Source: Phyllosticta citribraziliensis (taxonomy: Eukaryota). From it: a stretch of 64,000 nt of DNA. Below are positions 37,280-49,500 of the stretch, piece by piece (position 1 is the stretch's first letter; every line of letters begins with the position of its first letter). The stretch covers positions 1,364,001 to 1,428,000 of the forward strand of contig NW_027117339.1 in NCBI RefSeq assembly GCF_038025025.1. The letters are read 5' to 3'. The notes under the pieces are model-generated. The model was not told where the DNA came from. It saw nothing but the letters and a program-made list of their open reading frames with translations, and did not search any database. A program made the position numbers and the translations under genes.

Positions 37280-38804
37280 TCAAAAGTAGTTACTGGAGCC
37301 AGCATAGTCTGACCGCGTGCCGGGGAAGGCTCCGATAGGGTCGTCGTTGTTGTTGGTGTCATTGTCGTCGTCGACGCCGCTGTCGTCTTCGTCGCCGGCA
37401 AAGGCCGAGTCACTCGGATCAGGTGGCGCGCGCATGCGCGTGACGATGGCCTCGTCGAGGCAAGGCAGCTTGAAAGGCTTGGGCGTGTGGTATTCGCGGC
37501 CGGACGGCATGGTGGCCAGCAGAGGCTCGAACGGGGGAATCGTGTCCATTCCGACCTTTTTCGACATCATTGTCAGCAAAACAAGGCTCATTTGCGGATT
37601 GGCAGATTTCTCTCAGGAGAGGCTGGGGTCCCCGCACCGTGTCGTTCATCCGGACCCATTTCTTCTCCAGCATCTCCACGACCCTGCCCTCTTCGAGCCT
37701 CCCCGCGTCGGTGCCCCAGTCGACCCCCTTTTCGATCTTTTTGTCCTCGCGCTTCTCCGCCCGGTCTTTTTTGAGTTTTGCTGTGAAGCTCTTTGCCTTC
37801 TTTTCATCGTCTCCCGTTGCCCCCAGAAACCCCAGCTCCTTCCTAGCCCCTCTGAGCCATGCGATGCCCTCGCCCGTCTTTGCCGACAGCTCTGCATCGA
37901 TCCCGAAGAACCGACATGCCTTGCCCCGTGCCGTCCTTTTGAGATCATCGAGATAGCGCGCCAACGCCTCGTCCACCTTGCTCGCTCCGCCCAGCGTCGC
38001 CTGTCCGCGAGCAGCATGCTCTGCCGCCGCCAGGCACAGCCGCGCAAACAAATGCGCCCGCACCTTGGGAATGTCGGGCGCCTTGAACATCCAGTCTTTG
38101 GACTGCTTGTTGCGGTCCTCGGCCACCACGGCGGGATACGGGTCGTCCTTGGAGACGGCGATGAGCGTGGCCTCTGCGAGAGACAGCTCGGCCAGCGCGT
38201 TGAGCACCGGCGCGCTAATGTCACCGACGGCGGCCGGACTGGTCCACTGCCCCGATCGCTGGACCAGATAGGCGTGAATCGAGTGCGCATCCAGGAACGA
38301 GCGCATTGCTGACGAAATGGCTCCAGTGCGCTGTTCTGGCGTGGGAAGGGTGGCAGAGCTCTGTAGCGAGTGCAGCTGCGCGCGCGCAAGAAGCGAGTAG
38401 ACGTACGCCAGGGTAGAGAGAACAAAGAGGATTTCGGCCTCCAGGCTCTGGAGCTTGACGCGGGGAGGGTCGCGTCCGGGCAGCGTTGCCGTGAGCGTTG
38501 CTCGCCAGTCGACTTGGAGCTCTTTGACAAGGACAACATCCACCTCTTCACTGCCAATGCTCTTGCCGCTGAGCCCTGCGTCTAACACGGAGAGGTACGG
38601 AATGTACTCGTTCAGCGCCGACAGCACCGTGGGCAGATTGGCCGCTTGGGACGACGGCGGAAGCCGCTTGTGCCTCTTGAGAACGTCGCGCAGCACTCCT
38701 CGACATGTCGTTGCGGCGAGCGGGAGCGATGGATGGGTGTTGCTGTTGAAAAAGTCGGCAAATGAGAGAGCGCCCGTGGTGGGAAGCTGGAAGGGAAAAG
38801 GCAT
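37280..38804 (-). CDS. palC: pH-response regulator PalC (Bro1-domain protein)
   Basis: MPFPFQLPTT N-terminus, LAEATLIAVSKDDPYPA, DWMFKAPDIPKVRAHLFARLCLAAAEHA, GKACRFFGIDAE and KWVRMNDT, then an intron, then ..MPSGREYH..NYF*. Confidence 0.9.
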
Positions 38805-39342
38805 TGCTGATAGCTGGTCCTGGTGTTGAGGTCGAAGTGACGTTGAGGGCGAGCCGAAGGAACGCTCCCCACTGTTGTCAGCGCCTCAGCCTGGCTTGGC
38901 CTCCTCTCGATGCTTCAGGAATCGCGCTTGGCAGGAGATCAGCAAGCTGCCGCCTCGCATGGTCTGTTGATGTGCGACGATGGGTCTCTGGTTCGCGTTG
39001 GTGGTCGAGCGTCGAGGGAAACGCCGAAGCTGGGCAGTGGCAGGGACAGAGCTAGGTGGGTGAGCCGCCCGCAGTGCAGTGCCTCGACAGCTGGAGCGTA
39101 GCACGTCAACATCATGAGACACCTGCTTCAACTTCTCAATGCAGCCGATTTTTTGGTATCATACAACGAGCCTAAGTTCACCAGTTTCGCTTTCAAAAAT
39201 GATCGACAGACTCGCGATGGCCGCACCGATGTTCCATTCCTCTATTTCGGTGTTCTAACCGTGCTGGCCGTAATTGACCGTAGCTGCGCCCGTGCCAGAT
39301 CCAGCCAGACATTCCATCTATCACGCAGCACCAGTGTCGACT

Positions 39343-39765
39343 TTAGTTTCGAGGGTCGCCAGGGTACTTGTAGCCCTCGGGAGGCAGGTGCTTCATCTCC
39401 CACAAGTATCCCTTGATCTTGCAGTGCTTCATGAGCTCAAAGTATCTCTCTGGAGCTGCGTTAGCTTGCGCAATCCAAAGCATTGGCCCGGGTGTAGCCA
39501 TTGGGTCTTGCTGCTCGTCCAACCCTCCTCACAACTGACCTCTCAAGTGTCCGCAATTCTGCAAGTGGTTGACGCCCTCCCTGCGATAGCATTTGCCCAT
39601 CTCCTCGCGCACAAGTCGTGCCATCATGAGCTTGACCCATTGTTCACGGATAATGGCATCTTGCGCCTTCTTGATGCCCTCGTCGTCATCGAAGCTGACG
39701 CCCTGGAAACTGGGCGGGACCGTGGGCTTCCTCTTGAGATACGCCTCAGATTCGGGGATGGGCAT
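39343..39765 (-). CDS. NADH:ubiquinone oxidoreductase 12-kDa accessory subunit (NDUFB10/PDSW family)
   Basis: IIREQWVKLMMARLVREEMGKCYRREGVNHLQNCGHLR, intron ~39539-39450, then ERYFELMK..KIKGY..PRN*. Confidence 0.92.
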
Positions 39766-40054
39766 GGCGGATTGCGGGTCGTGGGCGAGGGAGAGACGGT
39801 TAATTCAACGAGGCAGCGCACTTGCGAGCGATTGAAGGCGCTCGCAGAGACAGAGGGTGGGAGCGAGGAGAGGTGAGTGGTTGATGCCGTGAAGCTGGAG
39901 CTCTCGGATAGGTAATGGGGAGGCCGTCGTTCGTCCACTCTCGCCGCCCCGGGCTGGGCTAGGCTGGCCAGGTCGTGCACCACCCGAGCCCGAACCTGGG
40001 GCTCCGCGCCAAGATCGCCCGCCCTCCCGTTGTGCCGTCTCGTCTCCATCTCTT

Positions 40055-40453
40055 CTACTTTGCTCCTCCAGAGCTCACCCTCAGCCCCGCCTTGATCCTC
40101 CCAAATCGCCCCTTGGTCGCCCGTACGCTACTGCCGGCATCCTCGCCTCCCCACGTCTTCCACGCATTCTGCTCCGCCTGTCGGCTCTGGTAACGCATGC
40201 GCCATTTCCACTCCTCGAACCGGACCTCTCCGCCTCGCATATCCGCCTCCTCGAGCAGCGCATCTCGCTGTTGCTGACACGGCCAGCAGAGCGAGTAGAC
40301 CTTCTTGGTTTGGAACGGGTGCGATTGCGGGAAACAAGTCTCGGAATACCCAATGGCTGGATTATACGACGACGCCGAGCAGAGGAGTAACGGCCCCGGT
40401 TGCCAAAATGAATGGCCACAGGTTTGAAAGATGCACAGTTTGTAGAAACACAT
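40055..40453 (-). CDS. Small hypothetical protein with Cys/His motifs
   Basis: MCFY..C..CGH..C..C..HPFQT..LCWPC pattern, seen in small fungal zinc-binding-like proteins; acaATG context. Confidence 0.7.
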   Translation of the reverse strand: MCFYKLCIFQTCGHSFWQPGPLLLCSASSYNPAIGYSETCFPQSHPFQTKKVYSLCWPCQQQRDALLEEADMRGGEVRFEEWKWRMRYQSRQAEQNAWKTWGGEDAGSSVRATKGRFGRIKAGLRVSSGGAK

Positions 40454-41082
40454 TGTGGAAAGAGGCTCCGGTGGAAGCGCAACTTGGAGACGGACTCGAT
40501 TCCTACTTATGGCGTCGAAGACTGGCCACAGTTCCTTTCACGAGGTGGAAAGACTCTTTGTCTTCATACCTCCAAGCGGTCATCCGCCCAACATGACCGT
40601 TTTCTTGTCTTTGTTGTCGCTTGCACAAGGCGCCAACTCGAAGGCTATACTGGCCATTCTTCCATCATCCAAAAGCGGCGTCTCAGTCGACTGCCTGGAG
40701 GGCTCGCGCGATTGTCAGCCGTGACTGGATTTTGTCACACAGATCTTGTTGTGAGCACACATTGTTCGCGGGAACAAACTCAGGCCTTGTCCTATGATGT
40801 ACGCAAAGAGAATCTGTTCTTCAGTGTGTACGTCTCTGGCGGACGTCAATGCTTCAGGCTCCCGACGTGGTCTCGTTGGATTCAATTGATTGATGGACAG
40901 AGATGTAGCAAAACGTGACATTACAGCCATTGAGGCGACAGCTATTCCTTCATGTCAAGTTTGTCCATGGCAATCACACTCCTTGATATCATGTTTGCCA
41001 GCGGCAGCTATTCTCCTTCGTATCCCGTTCACTAATTGTAGCCATTCGCCTTTGCGTGTCATTTGCTGATGGTACATTGTCA

Positions 41083-42473
41083 TCACAGCCTCGACTTCAC
41101 CTTCCTGGTCAGGTTCCTACAAAGCATGGTCAGCACACGTCACGACAGCCTGGGGGTTTCTCAATCGACTTACTGAATACCACTCACCTCTCGCGAGCGA
41201 AGGACTTGGCCGGCTCCGGCTTGTTGTCGAGAATCTTTTCAATCTCCTCCTGAACTTCGGGGGTGAGCTTGTCTAGAAGCTTCAAAGCACCAACATTCTC
41301 GATGATCTGCTGAGGCTTGGATGCTCCAAGAATGACGGTGCTAACGTTCTTGTTCTTGGCGCACCACGCGAGAGCCAGCTGGCTGACCGAACCACCGAGC
41401 CTATCGGCGACGGCGGTGAGCTTCCTGACCTTTTCAATCTTGGCCTGGCCCTCGGGCGACTTGAGCTCCTTGACGGTGTTTTCAAAGAAAGCCTTGTTCT
41501 GGGCAAAGCGAGAGTCCTCGGGGACACCATCGTTGTACTTGCCGGTCAAGAGACCCGAGGCGAGAGGACTCCAGATGGTGGTTCCGTACTGGAACTGCTC
41601 GAAAACGGGCGCGTACTCGACCTCGAAGCGCTCGCGGTGGAAGGCGTTGTATTGCGGCTGCTCGACGACTGGGGCGATCAGGTTGTACTTTTCGGCAATC
41701 AAAGTCGCCTCAGTGATCTGAGTGGCGCTCCATTCCGAGGTACCCCAGTAGTAAGCCAGGTTCAGGTTGCGGATGACTTGGGTGAAGCCCTCGACAATCT
41801 CCTTCATGGGAGTGCTAACAAGACGTCAGTGGCGAAGGTCAAAGTGGGTCTGAACAACGTACCCAACATCAGGACGGTGGGCAAAGACAATGTCGACGTA
41901 AGGCGTCTGGAGACGCTCCAAGCAGCTCTTGAGACCTTCAACGACGTGCTTGCGAGATAGACCACGGGTGTTCGGCTCCTTCCTGCCGGTGCCGAAGAAG
42001 ACCTTGCACAAAAGTTAGAGCAGGGTTTGGGGAGGATGCGGGACAGAATATACATACCTTGGTGGACAGGACGTACTCGTCCCTCGGCCAGTCGAGCTCC
42101 TTGAAAGCGTTGCCCATCTCAATCTCACACTGGCCGTTGGAGTAGACCTCTGCGGTATCAAAAAAGTTGATGCCGTGGTCCCAAGCGGTTTGCATGCAGT
42201 CCTTGACGATGTTGCCCTTCTGGGTGCCACCGTAGGTGACTGCGAGCTGTCAGCATCCCAATTGATTGCAGGCAGGCGTGGCGACTTACGCCATCCTCCA
42301 AGGCTCAGAACAGAGACCTTGAGACCAGTAGGTCCCAGGTACTTGAAGGTCATGTCCTTGGGGTCGAAAGCGGAGCGGACTGCCATTGTTGCTGCTGTTC
42401 TGGATAGAGTGGGATTGAAGAGTGAGGGGATATGGGAGGAAAGAAGGAAAGGGCGCTGCAGAAGACGGGACAT
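41083..42473 (-). CDS. Aldo-keto reductase, voltage-gated K+ channel beta-subunit-like (AKR6); alternative N- and C-termini predicted
   Basis: [27 protein letters not shown] (catalytic D/Y), [39 protein letters not shown] and [13 protein letters not shown]. The unspliced stop is at 41184; the spliced PTS1 isoform ends at 41083. Confidence 0.93.
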
Positions 42474-43524
42474 GAGTGGGAAAAAGAGCGTACCCGTAGC
42501 GTGTTAGGGCGCGGAGGCCACAGCAGCCGTGACGTGCTCGTCAAGCCGGTTGACGGAGGTAAAGCTATCTCCGACTTGTATTGCCAGAGACCCCGCACCC
42601 TTTGCCTCGCCTTACTCTAGTGGCAATCCCTCGGTTCTCGTGGTGCCAGTTACCATCATGTCGTCGTTGTCTCTCTTCAACAAAACATCCCCCCGAGATC
42701 CCAGGCTCTGTCGCCATGGCATTGTGCATGCTCTCGCTGTACTCAGGTCAGGAGAGGGGAGCTTATTGGAGCTTGGGCCACTCAGGTGGTCCGCCCTCGC
42801 TCTTCGGCCCGTTATCGAACAAGGGACCTTGAAGTCCAGGGCAGGTCCCTCCCGCGTCTGCTGCAACTACCTGCAACACCATCACCTTGATGTCTCGTGC
42901 TAATGTTAGTGACGTATCCTGTTCACCATGAACTCGAGCTTGAGCTCGACAGCGCGAAAGATTACACAACCTTGACAGGCCCGTATTTTCTGCCGGAAGC
43001 ATCTGTCCCGTTTCTTTCCCTTCTCGTATTCCACATGGCCGCAAAATGCACTTTTCCGTCTCCATCGGGCTTCTCCGAAACGAAGATAAAACCAGCCAAC
43101 TCAAGTTTAAAGCTGTAAGTAGACTTGCCGTGTTAAATCGAAGGTAGTAGCATACCACTAGTAAAGGGAGCATAGTAATACATATTCCTCTAGTATCTAC
43201 ATTGTTGTAAAGGAGTACCAGTCAACCGCCATGGACCTTGCCCTCAGGTTTATCACGAACATTAATGGTGAACGCAGGTGTGGTGAAGACTTCAATTTTT
43301 TAAAGATTTATTGTTTATCAACGCGCATGGAAGACGAAATGAAACCTCAGGTATCCATTCACTTTCTGTCGGCAACACCACAGTACGTGTCGAAAGAAAT
43401 GAGACTCCCTGGCAATATGAGTGTACCTAGGGAGCATTCATTTACTGCTGTAGCTGCGCTTAAGGAGAATTCATGTACTCCTACGTCGAGCTTGGGAAGG
43501 AAGCAGTCGTTCATTGCTGTTGGC

Positions 43525-44805
43525 TCACGAATTGGCTCCAGAACTTTGGAATTCCGACAAGAGAGCCCGCAAAGCTGCAGTATTCCGTTCCTGAGCAGCA
43601 ATCGACGCCGCAAGCGCTGCCTGCAAAGACTGTGTGCGGTCTGAAACACACTCTCTCTGCGTCTCCGTCGATTTCGACCCCGACGTCTCTTTGGAAGAGT
43701 TGTCTTTGACGCCAATTCCAGCAGCGGCAGCAGGACGAAGTGACACCACTGGAGCTTTTTGCTTGCCATTATCGATCGACTGCGTAGAGGGACAAAAGAC
43801 GCTCGACTGCAACGACTTCATCTCCGCCGTATCATCGTCCAGCTCATTGGCAGAGCTCCGGGCCTGGCGGTCTTTTGTTGATTCCAGCATTTTTATCGCG
43901 ACCGGCACGAAGAAGATGAGCAGCCCAATCGAGGCCGTCACAATGTACAAGATCATGACGCGCATGGCATCGGCTTGACTGGCAAAATTGTCGAGATTTC
44001 GAGACCACGAACTTCCGACGTAGATGCCCAGGCCGGCCAAGAAGAAGATCACAGAATAGTAGAGCAGCATGGCCGGGACGTTGATGATGAAGACTGCGCT
44101 GAGAGATGCCCTCCGCGGTCCCTCGAGCAGAGTCTGGTTATAGGGCGATCGAGAGCGAACCCGACTCATCCGGTTGCGAAGCCTCGTGCGCCTGTCCAAT
44201 CCGGCCTCGGAGTCAGAGACTGGCCCATCGTCAGCCGGTTGGCTCAGCCATAGCCTTAGATCTTGTGGCCCAAATAGACTGTTGAGCCTCTGTTGCAGGA
44301 GACACGAATGTACCACAGTCAGAGCTCCTGTGACGAGCGCGACCGTAAAAGCGCCTATGGCTGTCCAGTGAGTCTCGTCCAATGACCCCAGGCTATAGCC
44401 TGTCATGGCGACTTGCGCAAGGATGGCGCCCGCAACGGCGAGCATAGCAAAGTCTTCGGCAAAAGACTTCTTGACATTCGCAACTTCGTCGTCGGTGGCG
44501 TCGATGACGTGCTCCTTAATCCTCCGCAGAATGCCAGACGCGCTGGGAAGCATGACGATGAGGAAACAGCTTTTGACGAAGCCATACTTTTCCTTTTCTC
44601 TCAAGTCTCGGAAGGTCTGTCGGATGCCGGCGAACGTCACCACCTTGACAAGTTTGTTGAGAGTGGGTACGTCTTGAAATGAGTGCTTGATGTCGTTGAC
44701 CAGCAAAGAAGGCCACTTTCCTTTCCTGGGGGAATCCATGGGGAAGATGAGATCAAGGACCCTTCGAAAATGCGTTCTTCGTCGACAGACAGGCTGGTCA
44801 AACAT
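43525..44805 (-). CDS. Hypothetical membrane protein with about 4 TM helices; 5' end uncertain
   Basis: 431-aa open frame with four hydrophobic segments (FAMLAVAGAILAQVAM, WTAIGAFTVALVTGALTVV, VPAMLLYYSVIFFLAGLGIYVG, VMILYIVTASIGLLIFFVP) and a coiled-coil-like tail. Confidence 0.75.
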   Translation of the reverse strand: MFDQPVCRRRTHFRRVLDLIFPMDSPRKGKWPSLLVNDIKHSFQDVPTLNKLVKVVTFAGIRQTFRDLREKEKYGFVKSCFLIVMLPSASGILRRIKEHVIDATDDEVANVKKSFAEDFAMLAVAGAILAQVAMTGYSLGSLDETHWTAIGAFTVALVTGALTVVHSCLLQQRLNSLFGPQDLRLWLSQPADDGPVSDSEAGLDRRTRLRNRMSRVRSRSPYNQTLLEGPRRASLSAVFIINVPAMLLYYSVIFFLAGLGIYVGSSWSRNLDNFASQADAMRVMILYIVTASIGLLIFFVPVAIKMLESTKDRQARSSANELDDDTAEMKSLQSSVFCPSTQSIDNGKQKAPVVSLRPAAAAGIGVKDNSSKETSGSKSTETQRECVSDRTQSLQAALAASIAAQERNTAALRALLSEFQSSGANS

Positions 44806-45568
44806 GCCGCCCTGGGACAATGTATTTAAGCACCCATACCCCCAGCGGAGTCCCAGGTATCAAAACAAGGCTGGACCCCAAAGACACCACAGTCTTGAAG
44901 CCAACACCCCCAAAAACGAGCTCCTCGTGGCTTAGGAGACCATCGATTCTTCAAAAGCAGAGGCCATTGGACAACAGATATCGTGGCTTGGATTACACGC
45001 ATAAGATTGATCAAGAGTGCAAGCTGACGTGCAGATTTGCGCTTCCTCAACCAACCAAACGTCGGGACGATGGGGCCATATCCAGAAGCCACCGCCGACG
45101 AGGGCTTTGCGGAATTCGTCTTGTTATTCAGTTTGGGGGTGGCGTGCGCGGAGCATTCGAGTCCGCGGGCTTGATGCGGACATGCGAAGCATGAGAGCCC
45201 CCAAATAGAGCGAGGCGACGGTGCATCAGGCTGTCTGGCTGCTCATTGGGGAAGTGGTTGCTGCGTGCCAGCGCAACGTTTTGCATCGGACCTGCGTCTT
45301 TCGGCTATCTCATAACATACGCTGATTAAGGGAAAAAATTGCCTATCACGCTTAGTTTGGGACTGGACCAAAAATCAATTGAATTCGCTTGAATATGAAA
45401 AACCAAGTCGCTGTTTGCGTGCTATGTGTGCACTTCTTTTCAGTCTCACCTTCTGACTTTTGACGTCTTGGGGATGTGATCCGCGCATTTTTGGTGGCAA
45501 TGGACTCGCCCAACTCACTATCAGGAGCAAGCCTCCACCTCTGCCATCACCTGCAAGCACTCACGGAA

Positions 45569-48338
45569 TCAGATCTTCCTGCCAAGATCACCCTTACGGT
45601 TCTGCCACGCTTCGCCACGCAGCTGCTTGGCATAGCTGCTCTGCTCGCTGTAAGTCGGCAGGCCGACATGTTTGTTGATGAAGTCCAAAACGGCCGTGTG
45701 CCACAAGAGGCTGTTTTCCGGCTTGAGTACCTGCAAGTTTTCCATTAGTACACGTAAACATATGACGTGTTCTTTGAAGTAGCCATAGGCCATCGAAAGG
45801 AATGCAAGCTTGCCACCCAACCATTGCGGCAGAGGGATGATTGTAAGGACGGCAGACTTACCCAGTGATTCTCATTTGGGAAGCTCAAAAACTCGCTCTC
45901 AACGCCGCGCTCCTGGAGCACGTTGAAGGCGGCAAGGCCTTCTGCAATTGTCAAGCGATAATCGAGCTCGTTGTGGATGATGAGGTGCGGCGTGCTCCAG
46001 TTGCCAGTGTGCGCCGACGGATCCCACTTCTGCCAAGAAGAGGGATTTTTCCAGTACGGGCCCTCTATAAATGTGCAGACATGTCATTAGCTTTGATGCA
46101 GGGAATTTAGGAGGGGGATTACGGGATTAATCTCACCAAGATCATGGAATGGAAACCAAACCTCTTCCGAGGCAAGTTGGCTGACCATGCTGAAGACGCC
46201 ATCATGGGTAATGAGCGCCTTGAACTTGCGTCCAAGCTCATGGCCTTGAATCCAGTTGGTCATGTAGCCTGCGAAATCGAAAGTCAGCAAGACTTGAAGG
46301 GTTTGACAGTCACTAGTCCTGCTCACCTCCGTAAGAAGCACCAAGCTCAACGGCATTGGATGTATCAACGTAGTCGAGGTTCGCTTCGATGTATTCGAAG
46401 CCCTTGACAATGTCCACGTATGGAAGACCTCCCCACTCTCCTTGAATGGCGTCGGTGAGCGCTTGTCCATAACCTGTGGAGCCTGTGGGATTGGGAGCTA
46501 TGACAACGTAGCCCTGTTCAGCAAAGACGGCCGGGTTCCATCTCGTGCTCCAACTGTCCTCCCAAGCGCCCTGCGGCCCTCCATGAATAAGGTACGCCAG
46601 AGGATACTTCTGACCCGCTGAAAAGTTGGATGGCTTGACCACCCAGGCGTGGATCTGTTCAGCAGCACCAGGGTACCAAATTTCGGAAACTTGGTCACGA
46701 GAGAGGCCAAAGGCGGCGCCGTTCTTTGAATTCGACGAAATAACGTCGGCGTTTCCACTGGCGGAGTCATAGTAGAAGTAGATACTGTTGTCGACAAGGG
46801 AGCTGCCGGAAATGAAGACGTCACCGTTTGAAAGTGGGTAGGCGGAAGAAATCGCGCCGTCGTAAAACACCTTCTTGGGCAGGCTGGTGGAATTTCCAAA
46901 GGCAGAGGAAGCTGCGAGCGTGAAAAGAGCCACACGACCATGCTCTTCGGCGGTCAGGTAAAGCTTCTTGCCATCATGACTCCAGAATACTGAAGAAGGG
47001 CTGCGGTCCCAGGCACCTTTCCGGTCTGCAGTCGCAAGTGCATTGACGGTCGAGTTGGGCTCCGCAACGTTCGTGAGCACAAAGAGCTGAAGCTTGTCGG
47101 ATTCGTATTGCTCATTCTGACGACGAAGAAAAGCTAGCTGTTTTCCATCGGGCGAGAAGACTGGAGAAGTAGCTTGTCCATTGAACCCGGACGTCTGGAT
47201 CTGAATGGGCGATGGAGGAGTTGACGCGGTGAAGTCCGACAAGGGAACAAAATACGGGTTGATTTTTGTGTAGACTGCAGGCTGAAGCACCGGGTCTTTC
47301 GACACGAAAGCGATTCCACTGCTGCTGACATCAAAGTTGTCCGTTGAGCCGAACTGCGGGACTGGGCTTTCAAGGTTGGTGCCTTTCAGGAGGTTCGCCA
47401 CTGAGGACAATTTGTAGTGAGATCCGCCCTTCTTCAAGTTTCCGTAGAAAATGGTTTGTCGCTGCTGGGTTATATAAGAATCCCAGTGTCGGACGAAAAT
47501 GGCACCGTAGAGTCTTCCCGTGGTTTGCGAAGAAGTGACCTTTTCTGAGTTGTAGATGCTGCCATCTGGGTTTGAGTTGCCGGTGACTGTGAATGCATAC
47601 GAGCCATTCGCAAGGGACGCAACCTTGACTCCGCTTACAGAGCCATCTATGTTCCCAGCCGTATAGTTGCTAGCGTTTGTTAGCGTCCAATCCTTTTGAC
47701 CAGATGTCGGTGAAAGGGGGCCGGCTCTTCTTCTCTCTGGGGCAGATGGTCACTCGATCTTTGACCACCGTCGTCGAAAATGGTCCGTCTCTGCTTGCTC
47801 TGAATTCTGGCACATGGCCAATTGTGACACAGAGCGAAATACCGTTTCCTCTGTTAACGAGTTCCACATGACAGCGAAAGTCCGCGGACCCCGGTAGACT
47901 CCGCGGCAATTTTGGTGTCGAAGTGCAAACTGAAATGACAAGTACCTACCTAGTAGAGAAGCTGTCATGAGGCCCTACAAGCACGTCCGTCGTTCCATTC
48001 GATCCCGGGGCCAGGATGAGAACGTCGCCATTCTCGAGCCAAGTAGGGTCAGAAGCATCAGCATTGTCGGTGACGAGAGTGGACTTCTTGGAAGCAACAT
48101 CCAGGACACGAATTTCCGAAGACTGCGAGTGATCTTGAAAGTCGTAGGTAGAGACGGAATAGAGAACCTTTGAGCCGTCTGCGTTGGGAATGCCGTCGCC
48201 TCGTCGAGGAGCGCTGAGGAGCGCCTCGGGAGTGAACTTTTGAGCCTTGATTGTCATGGTAAAGGCGAGGAAGAAGAAGAGCAGCGAGTGGAGAAAAGAA
48301 GGATGTGAGGAGCGGGAAGAAGGTACTGTTGCCGCCAT
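45569..48338 (-). CDS. dpp5: Dipeptidyl-peptidase V-like S9 serine peptidase
   Basis: KFTPEALLSAPRR, FVRHWD, YLIHGGPQGAWEDSWSTRWNP, nucleophile motif GASYGG, HNELDYRL and FPNENHWVLKPENS. Four introns. Confidence 0.92.
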
Positions 48339-49500
48339 TGGTGGTTTCAAGTCAGCCCACGTGCTGCTGCTGACGATGGATGGCTAGGAAGAATCAAGCA
48401 GGACAAAGAGCGACAACAATCCCATGAACCAAGACCGTGGATGAAGCGTAGAAATAACAGAGACAACGCCTGTCTGCGCTGCATGAAGCAGCACGCCATG
48501 TCCGCTTCATCGTGCCAAGATCTAACCATTCGAACGTTTGGGGCAACTGATGTGCACGGCGGAACGGCCAGATCCATTGAGCGGCCGATTGAGTGACTGT
48601 GGGAGCACAGAGATGCAATGAGAAGGGGCCCTTACCTGCAGTACCTACTCACTGTGCGGGGGCGACTTGCTCGTTAGGGCAGCTCTATCTGGCCACGCCG
48701 ACTCGGCTAGTTCAGGCGGCCGAGATCAATCAGCGTTGGACCGTAGACGGTGTTGATAAAAAGCGAGATGGCGAAATACAACGGTGGGTTTTGATGCTGA
48801 GGGCCGGGATGCACGAGTACACTGATGGCCGGAAAGGGCAGGTCCAAAAGACGCCGTCCCCGCCCGCTTTGCCCGAGGGAGCGTTCCGCCGCGCCGCTGC
48901 GTCGTGCTTCCGACCCTTGTCTCCAGCCACCTTCTCGTCGACTGTCCACTGGCAGGGCAACGAGAAAGACAACTTCATTAGGAACGGGCAGGTCTCAGGT
49001 CGAATCACTCCGATTGGTTTGCGGTCAGACTAGCTCACATTACTAGCCATCACGGGATTCGTAAGTCGTTAGCAAAGTCATCGAATGAAGACTGTCTCCG
49101 GCCGCTGGTCTGATGCACCGGCAAGCGCTCCTGTTCGGCTGCCTTTCTCCGTATCACAGACCACGCCCTCTTTGTCATCTCCACAAGTTGTGCCTGACGA
49201 CAGATAGGACAAAGCCGGTTTGTCAAGCAAATGTGATTTGGAAAAGCTCAAAGTCGAGTCGGTCCCCTCATCAAAATATTTGCGCCAATTGGTTACTGGC
49301 CTTGCACGAATTCCACGATTCTCGGCAGGAATCCAGACGATGAGAGAGCTGCCGATTAACAGAGCAGGATTTCCTCTGGAGAAGCTCCTGGTTATCTGAC
49401 GATGGTGTCAATTGAAATAAAACTGACAATCGTACACGCCATTGCCATGCTCCTGACGCCTGCCCGGGTATCAAAACAAAAAATATTGGACCTGTGGGAA

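Noticed and set aside
37317..38557. Long antisense or alternative-frame ORFs over palC, and similar ones over ECM29, UBX, the permease and ERG26
   Set aside because: Shadow ORFs expected from GC-rich codon usage of the real genes; they have no motifs.
16060..38804. SUR7/PalI-family gene and palC as a pH-signalling cluster
   Set aside because: They are 20 kb apart with unrelated genes between them, and the SUR7-family protein lacks evidence of being the PalI orthologue.
43110..43330. AT/TpA-rich patch suggestive of a RIP-mutated transposon relic
   Set aside because: Too short, with no terminal repeats, target-site duplication or transposase/RT remnants; consistent with a terminator or intergenic region.
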